A stretch of DNA of 64,000 nt, from positions 276,644,001 to 276,708,000 of the forward strand of contig OZ024742.1 of NCBI GenBank assembly GCA_964016885.1. Reading direction: 5' to 3'. Below the pieces are notes generated by a model. It worked only from the letters and a program-made list of their open reading frames with translations. It did not search any database and was not told the origin of the DNA. The stretch comes from Eledone cirrhosa (Eukaryota). The translations under genes were made by a program, and so were the position numbers. Positions 50,945 through 61,447 of the stretch are shown here, piece by piece; within the stretch, counting starts at the first letter, position 1, and the number at the start of each line of letters is the position of its first letter.

Positions 50945-51472
50945 TCATCATCATCATCATCATCAACGTTTAACGTCCGTGTTCCACGCTTGCATGGGTT
51001 TGGACGGGGGTATTTCCCACTTGAGGCAAGAGTGATTGTCTTGCTCGCATAGGACTGTCTGGCGGGTTTTCTACAGCTGGATGCTCTTCCTAACACCAAC
51101 CACATTTACAGTGTGGGTCTGGGAGGTTTTTACCGTGTTGCCTACACGGCCACATTACAGCGTGGACTGTCTGGCGGGTTTTCTACGGCTGGATGCCCTT
51201 CCTAACACCAACCACTTTTACAGTGTGGGGCTGGGAGGTTTTTACCGTGTTGCCTACACGGCCACATTACAGCGTGGACTGTGTGTTTTTTGTCGTGACA
51301 CCTACATGATCTCATTTGTTTCGGCCTGGATGTTGTGGCACCAACATAACTTTACATTGAAAGGGGCGGTGTGGATGGGGTGGGGGTGGTGGGACGGGGG
51401 TGTATTTTGTTAGAGATGCCTACTGACTGTAGTAGGTTTTACTTTGTATTTAGGTAAGGCGGGTCTTCTCAG
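50945..51472 (-). mobile_element. RTE LINE 3'UTR fragment with internal ~113-bp tandem duplication
   Basis: Reverse complement of ~6638-7073; (ATC)n at left; TSD AGTTCATA at 50937-50944 and 51473-51480. Confidence 0.88.
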
Positions 51473-51844
51473 AGTTCATAGTAAAGTAAAATACTTGTAT
51501 GATAGAATTGGTGCCCCTATCATTAAACACCCAAGAAACTTCCTATCAGATACAAATTTCGTTTTTGTTTCATCAAAATCCTTGAATTAAAAAGACTCCA
51601 GAGAATTCTTTTCCCACAGTTCACTTATTCTATTTTGTGAACTTAATTGATAATTGGTTTATTGAGATACAGTAACAATTTCAAGCCCTAGCTATGTTAA
51701 ATTAGTTATAAGGTTTCAGTGAAACCTAAATTGACAGTTGCAGATGGGAATCTGGCTGACAGGAAACTGAAGACTACTATTGTTAATTCTTTATATTTTT
51801 ATCTTGTATTTAACATCAACACTTTTACTAATTTCTCTTTGTAG

Positions 51845-51972
51845 CTACATTGGAAAATAATCCCCAGAATATAGAGAAGGGGCAAGCTGAAGGGTTTATT
51901 TTAGAATATTACAAAAGAGAAAACTATTGTGAATGTTATACTGTGTCATCTGTTAAAAGAATCTGTGATAAG
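51845..51972 (+). CDS. DLG5: DLG5 exon, GUK (...ECYTVSSVKRICDK)
   Basis: Acceptor ttgtAG, donor AAG|GTATGT; phase 1-0. Confidence 0.88.
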
Positions 51973-52995
51973 GTATGTGTATTGCTCTAAGTATGTGACT
52001 GTGAGGAGTATTAAACCGCCATACCAATGTTAAGAATTCAATTTATTGTACTAGGAATTTTTGCGACATGTATGTGTGTGTATATGCATATGCATACATT
52101 TATATGTATGAGTATATAAATAAGAATGCGCAAACACAGGCACACTTACAAAAATACACATTTAGACATACATTCACACAAACACATACATACATTCACG
52201 CAGGCAGCAGACATAAAGAGAGAGGAGTATGAGATAGTAAAACTATTCCTTTCTCTTTACGTGTTGTGACAGGATCACAGAAATTTATATACAGATTGGG
52301 TTAATATATAGCTGCTTACTTTGATAGTTTTCCAGTTGTTGCCTTACTAGAATTGTCATATTATGTTCATACATAGGATACTCACTGTTTAATGTCTATA
52401 TTAGTTTATTTTATTGATTATCATTATGTTACAAAATAAGTATAAGCCAAAAAATTAATTATTTAACCAACTATATCTCTCTGCTGCAATCTATGGGTTT
52501 TTTTGCCTATTTTAAAAACCATTATTCCAACATCTGTGGAAAATACAAGAAATCATTGGCCGAATCATTAGAGCATCAAGTGAAATGCTTTGCAGCATTT
52601 AGTTATGTCCTTTATGTTCTGAGTTCAAATCCTGCCAGGGTCAACTTTGCTTTTCATCCTTCTAGTGTGGATAAAATAAAGCTCCTCCCCACACGTTGTT
52701 GGCGTTGTTCCTAAATTAGAAACCATTAATAGATTGGAAGAATCATTAGAGCATCAGACAATGTTTTGTGGTTTTTTTACTGCTCTTTACATTCTGAGTT
52801 CAAATTCTGTCTAGGTTGACTTGGCTTTTCACCTTTCTGGATTTGATCGAATATAGCACCAGTCAAGAACTGGAGTTGATTTAATCAATTAATCCCTCCC
52901 CTAAAATATTGGCATTGTGCTTATGTTGTTGCTGCTGTTGTAATATTGTAGTAGTAGTAGTAGTAGGATTAGGTTCTTTACAGCACCCAGCATCA

Positions 52996-53264
52996 CCCAG
53001 TTCAATTCTCAGACCGGGTGATGTGTTGTTTCCTTGAGCAAGACACTTTATTTCATATTGCTCCAGTTTACTCAGCTGTAGAAATGAGATGATAGGGACT
53101 GGGGTCCATATCATTCCACTGCCAAGTGGTCGTGCAGGTGCCATGGCAAAAAAGCACCCAGCACTCACTGTAGAAATCAAGCCAGAATCAGTTCCCGTCC
53201 CACCCTTGCAAGCAGGGAAAAAGCGGACGTAAAATGAAATGATGATGAAATGAAATGATGATGA
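52996..53264 (+). mobile_element. SINE family 1 copy, 5'-truncated
   Basis: TSD CAGCATCA at 52988-52995 and 53265-53272. Confidence 0.85.
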
Positions 53265-53697
53265 CAGCATCAAACAAAATGCCGTGCAGTATTTAGTTAC
53301 GACTCAATGTTCTGAAGTCAATGTTGTCTTTCATTCTTCCAGGGTTGGGGTTAATATAATGGATTGTTCTCTCTTCACAGACCTCTGGCCTTATGCCTAT
53401 ATGAAACACTGTTAATGTTTCAGAAATACCTAGGTTAGCACTCTAGATGTAGTCCTAAAAATGCAGTGCTAATGGGGTCATTATACTGTAGTATAGAGAC
53501 CAGCTTTATAGGTTACTTGTAACAGTGATACTGACACAAATGATGATTGGGATAGTCAAATGATAAAAAAATTCAGAAACTCACTACCACTCATTGTGCT
53601 TTTAGCAGTATTAGTTGTAGATGTTATCGAGATACGAGTGACATAATAATTATTTCAACAGCAGAAATTAGAGATGAAATATACGTTTATTTTTTGA

Positions 53698-53835
53698 TGT
53701 AGCACAAACAATGGTGTTGTACAGAGGCTGGTTTCTGGCGTGTATTCAGTCGGCTTTCCAGTGGCTGTCTGTCTTTTCTTTCTGGCGTTCTCAACCGGCG
53801 TTGTTCTATCAAGGAGCGTGAGGCGTCTTACTACA
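53698..53835 (-). repeat. 3' LTR
   Basis: TGTAG...CTACA termini; AATACA poly(A)-like variant on minus strand. Confidence 0.93.
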
Positions 53836-54068
53836 GTACCTCGAGCCAGATTTTCAAATTATTGAAAATCGATGTCATTACTCACATGTGGAGTAAGATG
53901 GCGAACAATGCAACAAGGGGGAGCTATCCGCTCTAGCAAAAATTGAATCCAGAATAAGGATTTGAAAAATGTTAAAAAAACAAAAAAAAACAACATGCAT
54001 GCATAAAAAAAACAAGGCAAAGAAAAAGCAGAAACACAGAGGCAAAAAAAAGGTGCAGCTAACATAGT

Positions 54069-57000
54069 CTAAATATAGACGGTGCTGCAAAGTTTTTTGG
54101 GCCAGTGGACCCTACGACCTGAACGGGTCGTGGTCTTGTAACGTGGCGATGGTGGTGGTGTAGGGACAGGCGATGATGGTGGTTCAGGAACAGTCGTTCG
54201 CTCAACAGGCAAATACGAAGGGGTTCGTGGATCAGGAACCACAGCGTCCGTGTCAAGGTGCGCCTGCTTAAGCCTGTCTAATGTAACTGTCTCCCGGGAC
54301 CCCTTAATATCTAACGTGAAATGCTTAGCCGAGCGCGCTAAGACACAGTAAGGTCCAGTGTAAGGCTGTGTGAGCGGGGGCTTCACCGTATCATTCCTTA
54401 CAAAGACATGCGTCCACGAGGCAATATCCCTCGGAACAGCAGTCTTGACAGTTTGTTTCCTAGTGTCCATTGGCGGCAAATCCTGGAAATAGGAGCGCAA
54501 ACGGGACACGTAGGAAGCGTGATCTTGGGCATCAAGATCGATAGGGGCAAGCATTTGCCCGGGCAACGTCAGAGGGGCACCGTACAGTACTTCAGCCGGT
54601 GAAAATCCAAAGTCGATCTTCACCGTTGACCGAATCCCTAGTAGCACAATAGGGAGGTACTCGCTCCAATGCGCCGAGTCCATTGAGGCCATTAAGGAGG
54701 CCTTCAGTTGGCGGTGAAAACGCTCCACCATACCATTCGAAGCGGGATGGTATGCCGTAGTTCGAATGCGTTTAGCACCAATTAATTTTGACAGCTCGAG
54801 GAAAAGGCTCGACTCGAACTGTCGTCCACGGTCGGTAGTTATTGTGGATGGAACTCCATAACGAGAGATCCATCCAGACACAAGAGCATGTGCTGTTGTC
54901 TCCGCGGTGATGTTTTTCAAGGGGATGGCCTCAGGCCATCTCGAAAAACGGTCAATGACGGTAAGTAGATAAGAAAAACCATCGCTGACAGGCCAAGGTC
55001 CCACTATGTCAATATGAATATGCGAAAAACGCGCATCTGGGTTAGCAAAGGTACCCAGGGGAGCCTTGACGTGTCGATGGACCTTTGATCTCTGGCAAGC
55101 GACGCAGGAACGGCACCAAGCAGCAATTTCACGCCTCATATTTGGCCAGAAAAATCTAGCTGATATGAGCTTTGCTGTGGCAGAAGATCCTGGATGCGAG
55201 ATACAATGTAATCCCAGAAACACGGTCCGACGATGATTCTCTGGAACGAAGGGCCTAGGCACGTCCAAAGAGACGTCGCAGAGAATTTGGCCAACTGCAG
55301 TCGACAGAGGCAAGTATTTCATCTCGCAATTCTCAAACTCGGGCGATGTGACATCCAATGACTCAAGGGGAGGCTGATCCGCAGCCAAACGAGTCAGATC
55401 TATGTCAGAGGATGACGAGATCGCTGTCACGGGTAAGCGGGACAAAGCATCGGCCGCTGTATTTAGTGAACCCGGAATGTGCTGGATATCACTCGTATAT
55501 TGCGAGATGAAATCAAGGTGTCTCGTCTCTCTGGGCGAGTATTTATCAGCCTTCGCTCTCAAAGCAAAAGTCAATGGTTTATGGTCAGTGAGGATAGTAA
55601 ATTGTCTACCCTCTAGCACATGTGAAAAATGTTTCACGGCCAAATAGATGGCTAAAAGCTCTCTTCCAAAGGTGCTGTAGCGCGTCTCAGCAGGATTTAG
55701 CTTTTTGGAAAAAAACTCCAGCGGTTGCTGGTGACCATTGATGTTTTGCTGTAGTACTGCGCCCACAGCGATATCCGATGCATCAACACAAAGCGTTAGC
55801 TTTGCACCGGGTACCGGGTGAGTCAGTAACGAAGCATTAGCCAAAACAGTTTTGGCGTGCTGAAAATCAGCAAGTTGAGTGTCTGTCAAAGAAATATCTT
55901 TGTTCTTCCTCCGACAATTTTTCAAAATTTCTTTTAGGGAGAAAAGCAATTTTGCACAATTTGGCACGAAACGCCTATAAAAGTTAACCAGACCTAAGAA
56001 CTGGCGTAACTGACGTAGTGAGGTCGGTGGAGGCAAATCCTCTATGACCTTAACTCGCTCAGGCCGGGGACGAATTCCGTCAGCATCGATGACGTGACCC
56101 AAGAAAGTCAGTGTCTCAGCGCCAAAAACACATTTAGGTGCATTAAGCTGCACGTTATACGCCTTCAATCGGCGGAAAAGAAGATTCAAATGGTGCGTAT
56201 GCTGCTCTGGAGAAGAACTAGCAATGAGCAGATCGTCAATATAGGTATAGACGAAATCGAGGCCGCGAGTAACCTCATCCATAAACCGCTGAAAAGTACT
56301 AGCGGCATTCCTTAATCCAAACGGCATAGTCAAAAACTCGAAAGACCCAAATGGCGTAACTATAGCCGTTTTTGGAATGTCATTTTTATGGACAGGAATT
56401 TGATGGTACGCACGAATTAAATCCAGTTTGGAGAATATCTTGCATCCCTGCAACGAAGACGCAAAGTCTTGCAGATGAGGGATAGGATAACGGTCCGGTA
56501 CCGTTATCGAATTCAGGCGTCGATAATCTCCACTAGGTCTCCAATCGCCATTCGCTTTCGGTACCATGTGTAATGGGGACGCCCACGGGCTCGTGGACGG
56601 ACGAATAATCCCCATTTGCAGCATATGATCAAATTCTGATCGTGCTGCTTTGAGTTTGTCCGGAGGCAAGCGACGAGGGCGAGAGAAAACGGGAGCACCA
56701 GTTGTAGATATGAAGTGCTCCGTGGTATGAGTAGGTTCATCAAATCGAAAATTCCCCTGTGTCAGTTGCGGGAACGAGTTCAACAACGCATGGAAAGGAT
56801 CACCGGTGTTAGCAAGAAAAAATGTCGGGCTAACCGTTGGAACTCCTGCTGCCTTGCCAACAACAGTTAATCCCGTGATGCCATCAATTAGGCGTTTACC
56901 ACGAAGGTCCACCGTCAATGAAAAATGGTGGAGAAAATCCGCGCCTAGAATCGGATACGGCAAGGCAGCGACAGTAAATATCCATTTAAACTCGCGCCGC

Positions 57001-57251
57001 AGATTACGAAACTGCAAAGGTAACGAGATTTGTCCGAAAGTTCGAATCGGCGAACAATTTACTGCCTGCAACTCAATAGGCGTCTCAGGGGGAGTCTCCT
57101 TCATACAACACACAGGCCATACGGAACAAGCTGCACCTGTGTCAACCAGAAAAGCTCTACCTGACAGCAGGTCCTCAATGAAAAAGTGGCGGTTAGATGT
57201 TGTTTCGCAGAGCGCACTATCCGCCGTTAGTGACTCTGGTCGTCTTTTCCC
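54069..57251 (-). CDS. pol: pol polyprotein (protease, reverse transcriptase, RNase H, integrase), in -1 frame relative to gag
   Basis: LVDTGA protease; YIDDLL RT; DAS...ELLAI...TDHKPL RNase H; HHCC plus D,D-35-E integrase ([21 protein letters not shown]) and GPY motif; no internal stops. Confidence 0.95.
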   Translation of the reverse strand, partial: GKRRPESLTADSALCETTSNRHFFIEDLLSGRAFLVDTGAACSVWPVCCMKETPPETPIELQAVNCSPIRTFGQISLPLQFRNLRREFKWIFTVAALPYPILGADFLHHFSLTVDLRGKRLIDGITGLTVVGKAAGVPTVSPTFFLANTGDPFHALLNSFPQLTQGNFRFDEPTHTTEHFISTTGAPVFSRPRRLPPDKLKAARSEFDHMLQMGIIRPSTSPWASPLHMVPKANGDWRPSGDYRRLNSITVPDRYPIPHLQDFASSLQGCKIFSKLDLIRAYHQIPVHKNDIPKTAIVTPFGSFEFLTMPFGLRNAASTFQRFMDEVTRGLDFVYTYIDDLLIASSSPEQHTHHLNLLFRRLKAYNVQLNAPKCVFGAETLTFLGHVIDADGIRPRPERVKVIEDLPPPTSLRQLRQFLGLVNFYRRFVPNCAKLLFSLKEILKNCRRKNKDISLTDTQLADFQHAKTVLANASLLTHPVPGAKLTLCVDASDIAVGAVLQQNINGHQQPLEFFSKKLNPAETRYSTFGRELLAIYLAVKHFSHVLEGRQFTILTDHKPLTFALRAKADKYSPRETRHLDFISQYTSDIQHIPGSLNTAADALSRLPVTAISSSSDIDLTRLAADQPPLESLDVTSPEFENCEMKYLPLSTAVGQILCDVSLDVPRPFVPENHRRTVFLGLHCISHPGSSATAKLISARFFWPNMRREIAAWCRSCVACQRSKVHRHVKAPLGTFANPDARFSHIHIDIVGPWPVSDGFSYLLTVIDRFSRWPEAIPLKNITAETTAHALVSGWISRYGVPSTITTDRGRQFESSLFLELSKLIGAKRIRTTAYHPASNGMVERFHRQLKASLMASMDSAHWSEYLPIVLLGIRSTVKIDFGFSPAEVLYGAPLTLPGQMLAPIDLDAQDHASYVSRLRSYFQDLPPMDTRKQTVKTAVPRDIASWTHVFVRNDTVKPPLTQPYTGPYCVLARSAKHFTLDIKGSRETVTLDRLKQAHLDTDAVVPDPRTPSYLPVERTTVPEPPSSPVPTPPPSPRYKTTTRSGRRVHWPKKLCSTVYI
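57188..57251 (-). promoter_or_regulatory. Programmed -1 ribosomal frameshift signal (G GGA AAA plus predicted pseudoknot)
   Basis: Heptamer at 57251-57245 in the gag/pol overlap, 6-nt spacer, stem CAGAG.CACTA/TAGTG..CTCTG, loop GGCGG complementary to downstream CCGCC. Confidence 0.8.
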
Positions 57252-57970
57252 TCGTAAGCACAAGGAGGCCTACAACGGGCGGCTTTTTTACCATATCTGT
57301 CATGGTAATAACAATATGGTGTTTCTGGTGTGTTGGAAGGGCTACGGTGGCGAGAAGTTGAATAACGTCGTGAGCGGCTCCTCTGCCGTCCAAAGGACCT
57401 GAATTCCGTGCACAACTCCGCCATTTGACGAGTCATGGCTTCCATAGTGGTGATTAATTTGTCATCAGACGCAATGTACTTTGGTTTCGAAGTGTCTCTC
57501 TTCGTCACCTCTACAATTTTGTCAGCAGAGACAGCAATGTGATCCAGGGTATTCACCTCTAGCATATGGGCTAGGATCGCCTGTACCTCTTGAGGTAGGC
57601 GAGAGAAGAACAATTGCTTCAGGAAAGGGCTATCCTGATCTTGGGAATCGCTCAAATCCCGCAAATGCCGGAGAAAAGCGGTAGGGGTCCTGTCACCTAA
57701 TCGTTCGTCCTCGATCAGTGACCGAAAACGACTCTCTACCGACTTACAATTCCTCCTCAAAATCTCGCCCTTCAAAAACTCATACGTCAAGTCAGAGGGG
57801 GGGTCTGTAATTAGGTCTTGGACCGAATCTGCTAGATTAGGGGGAAGGCCGCTAATCAGTACAGCGAGGCGCTGGTCAGATTCGGTCTTACAGACCATAA
57901 AATACGCCTGTAACTGGGCAAACCACATCTTAAGTTTTCCAGTAAAGGCGGGCAAATGTGGTACATTCAT
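57227..57970 (-). CDS. gag: gag (247 aa from ATG at 57970) with CX2HX9CX3C (CHCC) zinc knuckle
   Basis: MNVPHLPAF...WFAQLQAYF capsid-like start, RS-rich tract, [18 protein letters not shown]. Confidence 0.9.
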   Translation of the reverse strand: MNVPHLPAFTGKLKMWFAQLQAYFMVCKTESDQRLAVLISGLPPNLADSVQDLITDPPSDLTYEFLKGEILRRNCKSVESRFRSLIEDERLGDRTPTAFLRHLRDLSDSQDQDSPFLKQLFFSRLPQEVQAILAHMLEVNTLDHIAVSADKIVEVTKRDTSKPKYIASDDKLITTMEAMTRQMAELCTEFRSFGRQRSRSRRYSTSRHRSPSNTPETPYCYYHDRYGKKAARCRPPCAYEGKDDQSH

Positions 57971-58067
57971 GTCAACTTTTAAAATTAAAACAAATATATA
58001 TATACCTATATATCTAAAGAGCAATTAATGTACCCTTGTACAGTAAAAAGAGAACAGCCAATATTCA

Positions 58068-58205
58068 GGTAGCACAAACAATGGTGTTGTACAGAGGCTG
58101 GTTTCTGGCGTGTGTTCAGTCGGCTTTCCAGTGGCTGTCTGTCTTTTCTTTCTGGCGTTCTCAACCGGCGTTGTTCTATCAAGGAGCGTGAGGCGTCTTA
58201 CTACA
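58068..58205 (-). repeat. 5' LTR
   Basis: Direct repeat of 53698-53835; on the minus strand begins TGTAG and ends GCTACC. Confidence 0.93.
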
Positions 58206-58730
58206 TGCTTTATAGTTATGATAAAATTAGAAAGCAAGTTTAATTAATCAACTTCAATCAAGTATTCCATTAATGAGCATTTCATATTTTTGACAGACAT
58301 AGCATAGTGTATCTAAGAAGGCATTATCTAATGTGTCCTTTTTTATGCTAGTGTGGTGTGACTTTAAGTAGATTTGAATGCTCTGTGTAAAGGTTATATC
58401 ATTGGTTCAACCATGGGATCTTGTAGAGTTTTGGGTATTGCTTGGAGGAATTAAAAAAATAAAAAAGAAGTGTTTATTCTTCAACTGGTTATAAACTCAA
58501 ATCTTCAGCCTGGAACTTATTTCAATATGTTAATATTTCCATATTAGCTATTCATTTTGTTTCCTCTTGTAGTGAAATATATGGGAATATTATCAGACTA
58601 TTGTTAATGTACTTTGTTGTTTGTAGCACATACATACGAACATGGCTACTACAGTATTTTCCACATTTGAAGAAACTGTTTTTGTTGTTTTCTATCAACA
58701 CTGATGTATGTTATTGTTTTTCTTTGCTAG

Positions 58731-58840
58731 AATTGCCATTGTTTGCTGAATGTAAGTCCAGCAGCTATTGATCGACTTCATCGGCAACAAATATTTCCAA
58801 TTGTCTTGTTAGTAAAACAAAAGACACCAAAGCAAATAAG
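58731..58840 (+). CDS. DLG5: DLG5 exon, GUK (NCHCLLNVSPAAIDRLHRQQIFPIV...KQIR)
   Basis: Acceptor tgctAG, donor AG|GTATAT; phase 0-2. Confidence 0.92.
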
Positions 58841-60199
58841 GTATATTTATATTTCTAATTTGATCAATTTTAAAAGAAAATATTTTTAATTCTTTTTTTT
58901 TTTTTATAAATTGGTCTGAGAAGCTGGGCATAGGGCCCATATCACTTTTAGGCTTCCCCATCATGTGTTTGTTGTTCACCTAGAACATCTGTATGTCAGT
59001 GTCGGTAGAGAGGAAATTCTAGAGGGTTACATGTGTAAGAAGGAACTACTGTGTTTTGTATAAGATATGGGAGATGAGGCACAGTAAAGGTGATGAGAAG
59101 AGAAGAGTTGAGAGATCTGTGTAGAGGTGGAATTCTACAAGCTAATTCATAAAAGCAGAAGCCAGTGTAATACAGTAGCAGGGACAGAAAGAAGAAACAA
59201 TTTATCTATGTGTGAGTGGTTACATGTTAGTCAGTGAATATTTGTAAATTATTTAGATGTGGTCTGAGATGATTGTGTCTATAACAACTGCAATTTCCCA
59301 GATATGTGAGAAGTACAATGGCTTTACAATGAAAAACAGTGAAGCAGGGCTGTATGTTTGCTCCCACACTCTTTGCCATCTTCATTTCTCTACTACTGTT
59401 GCATGCCTTCAGATCATCAAGAGATTGCTTATTCCTTCAAATTTTACATACAAAAACTGCCACAAAGTATGCTACTCCAGTATTGGGCCATATACAGTTG
59501 CAGCAGGCACTGCAGCTGAAATCCTGATTAACCATTGAAGCAAACTCCATTGTTTCTCGATACATAGATGCCAGGATTCTCACATAGTTTGAATAGAGCC
59601 TTTTAGAGGGTCAACAACTGATCATTGTTTAAGTTTATGCTGGTCCTAAAATTGAATCCTAATTTATGTGTTGCAGTTTTAGTTATGTATATGAAGTTGC
59701 TATGAGACTACATCAGAGATTGTGAGCCTTAAAACTTGTAATAATTTTGACAATTCTTGTGAGATTCAAGTAGTTGGACATAAGTTGATATGTTTGCATA
59801 GTGGATTTATAAAATTCAACTTTTGAGTGGGAGAAGAGGAAATTACAAATCTTTTATTATACTTAATGAATGCTATAATCCGCTGTAAGCCATCCTGTTG
59901 TGAGTCAGTGGCTGTATGTATGCAGGCTTTTCAAAATACTGTATACGTGAACTAAAGAAAAGAGACCATGAGATTAAATGCTAGCTGATAGAGCAGCCTC
60001 TCAGAGTATTAAACATCTGATTAGATCCCTATTCTATAAGATGGTAGTCCTTTGCTAAGAAATCTTTTCCACCTGTATCGTCAAACAGTTGTACTGCATA
60101 AGGTAAAATGCAGTTAGAAATGACACATGAATAGACAGTGTTATCCTCCAACCAAGTGCTTGTAACAAAAGTGTATCTTCTCACCAAAATTTAAAAGGT

Positions 60200-61060
60200 A
60201 CATGGTGTTTTATTGTGGCAACACTACTAGAAGGTTTGTCTTCGAATCCCCTCTGCCTCTTCTGTTACTACACCCTTTGCTCTTATATTCTCTCAATTTC
60301 TTCCTCTTCTCATCAATCTTTCCAACTTCATCATCTCATTACCATATCTCTTAGCATGTTGGTGGTCCTCACATCTTCAATACCTCCTCACAAAGCACTG
60401 TCAAGTTCATCCATGTCATCTTCTATCATACACAGTTTCTCTCTCACTGTTTCCCCCTTTAATCTCCACACTTTCAGCTTAGGTTGATATTTCCTCTGTT
60501 GAGTACACCTCCCACCTTTCACCCTTAGATCACAGACAACTAGATGGTGCTGTGTAATAACCTCTTCTCCTGAGATTACCATTGAATCACAGAGGTACTT
60601 TCTCTTTCACCCATATACCGTCAGGTAGTCAACAGTTGATGACAATTCACCTAAAGTGTGCATACCAAGTTTTTTTTCTTTCTCCATCAGTAACTTTTAT
60701 CCCCTCCATTTTTTACACTACATCTGTAGCCTCCATCAATACCTTCCAAACCATCCATACTCTTTCCCACATAGCCACTCAAATCTCCTTCCACCATGAT
60801 GATTTCCTCATTTTTTTTGTTTTCAATTATCTCTATTGCACCTCAAAATTTGTCTTTCTCTTGGACATTTTGACCTACATGTGGAGCATATCTTGAGATG
60901 ATGTTCACCAAGAACATTCCAGTCACTAGTTTCACTATTATCAACCATTCACTCACTCTAGTAACATTGGCCACATTATCTACAAACTCTACAGAAATCA
61001 AATCACTCTTTCCAAACACCTCTGCCACACAAACTTGTGCTTCTATCCACTCTCACACCA
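60200..61060 (-). pseudogene. Decayed RTE AP-endonuclease fragment
   Basis: VNIISRYAPHVG...EKDKF and QHHLVVCDL...LKVWRLK remnants. Confidence 0.65.
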
Positions 61061-61337
61061 CATAAATATATATACACTACATGATGTGTGTGTTGTGTGT
61101 GTGTTGTGTGTGTAGAAAAAAAACACACCCAGTCCACCCTGTGTTTGGTGCCATGATAAAAAGCACCCATCCACACTGTAATCTGGTTGGTGTTAGGAAA
61201 AGCATCCTACCATAGAAACCAAGCCAAAATACAGATTCGTTTAAGCAAGACATGGTCACCTGACCTGATTTGTCTCTCATGCAAGCCTGAAAAAATAGAC
61301 ATTAAGCAATGATGATGATATATATATTCTTTTACAG

Positions 61338-61447
61338 AGAAGTTCGAGATGTCCAATTTTGGACTGAAAAAATAAGTAGTAAAAACTCAAAAGAACGTTT
61401 TGAACAATTCCAAAAAATAGAACATGATTACCGGCATCTCATATCGG
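61338..61447 (+). CDS. DLG5: DLG5 exon, GUK (EVRDVQFWTEKISSKNSKERFEQFQKIEHDYRHLIS)
   Basis: Acceptor ttacAG, donor G|GTATGG; phase 2-1; terminal exon not found in window. Confidence 0.9.

Larger units (their letters stand above)
53698..58205 (-). mobile_element. Full-length Ty3/gypsy LTR retrotransposon (CsRn1-like), antisense in a DLG5 intron
   Basis: Two ~138-bp LTRs (53698-53835, 58068-58205) with 1 internal mismatch; intact gag and pol (PR-RT-RH-IN order). Confidence 0.95.
2250..61447 (+). other. DLG5: Discs large homolog 5 (MAGUK) gene body, 23 internal exons; 5' and 3' ends outside window
   Basis: Manually spliced exons give one continuous 5700-nt frame with consistent phases. Domain order is coiled-coil, PDZ1-2, low-complexity linker, PDZ3-4, SH3, GUK. 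DLG5-typical motifs include SRDSAIDADMLEWETE, SGTWPK, RIRIPS and RRSFFKRKKH. Confidence 0.93.

Noticed and set aside
54408-57684. Plus-strand and alternate-frame ORFs overlapping pol/gag (e.g. 56806..57402, 198 aa)
   Set aside because: Shadow ORFs of GC-richer coding sequence, non-ATG or weak starts, no recognisable domain.
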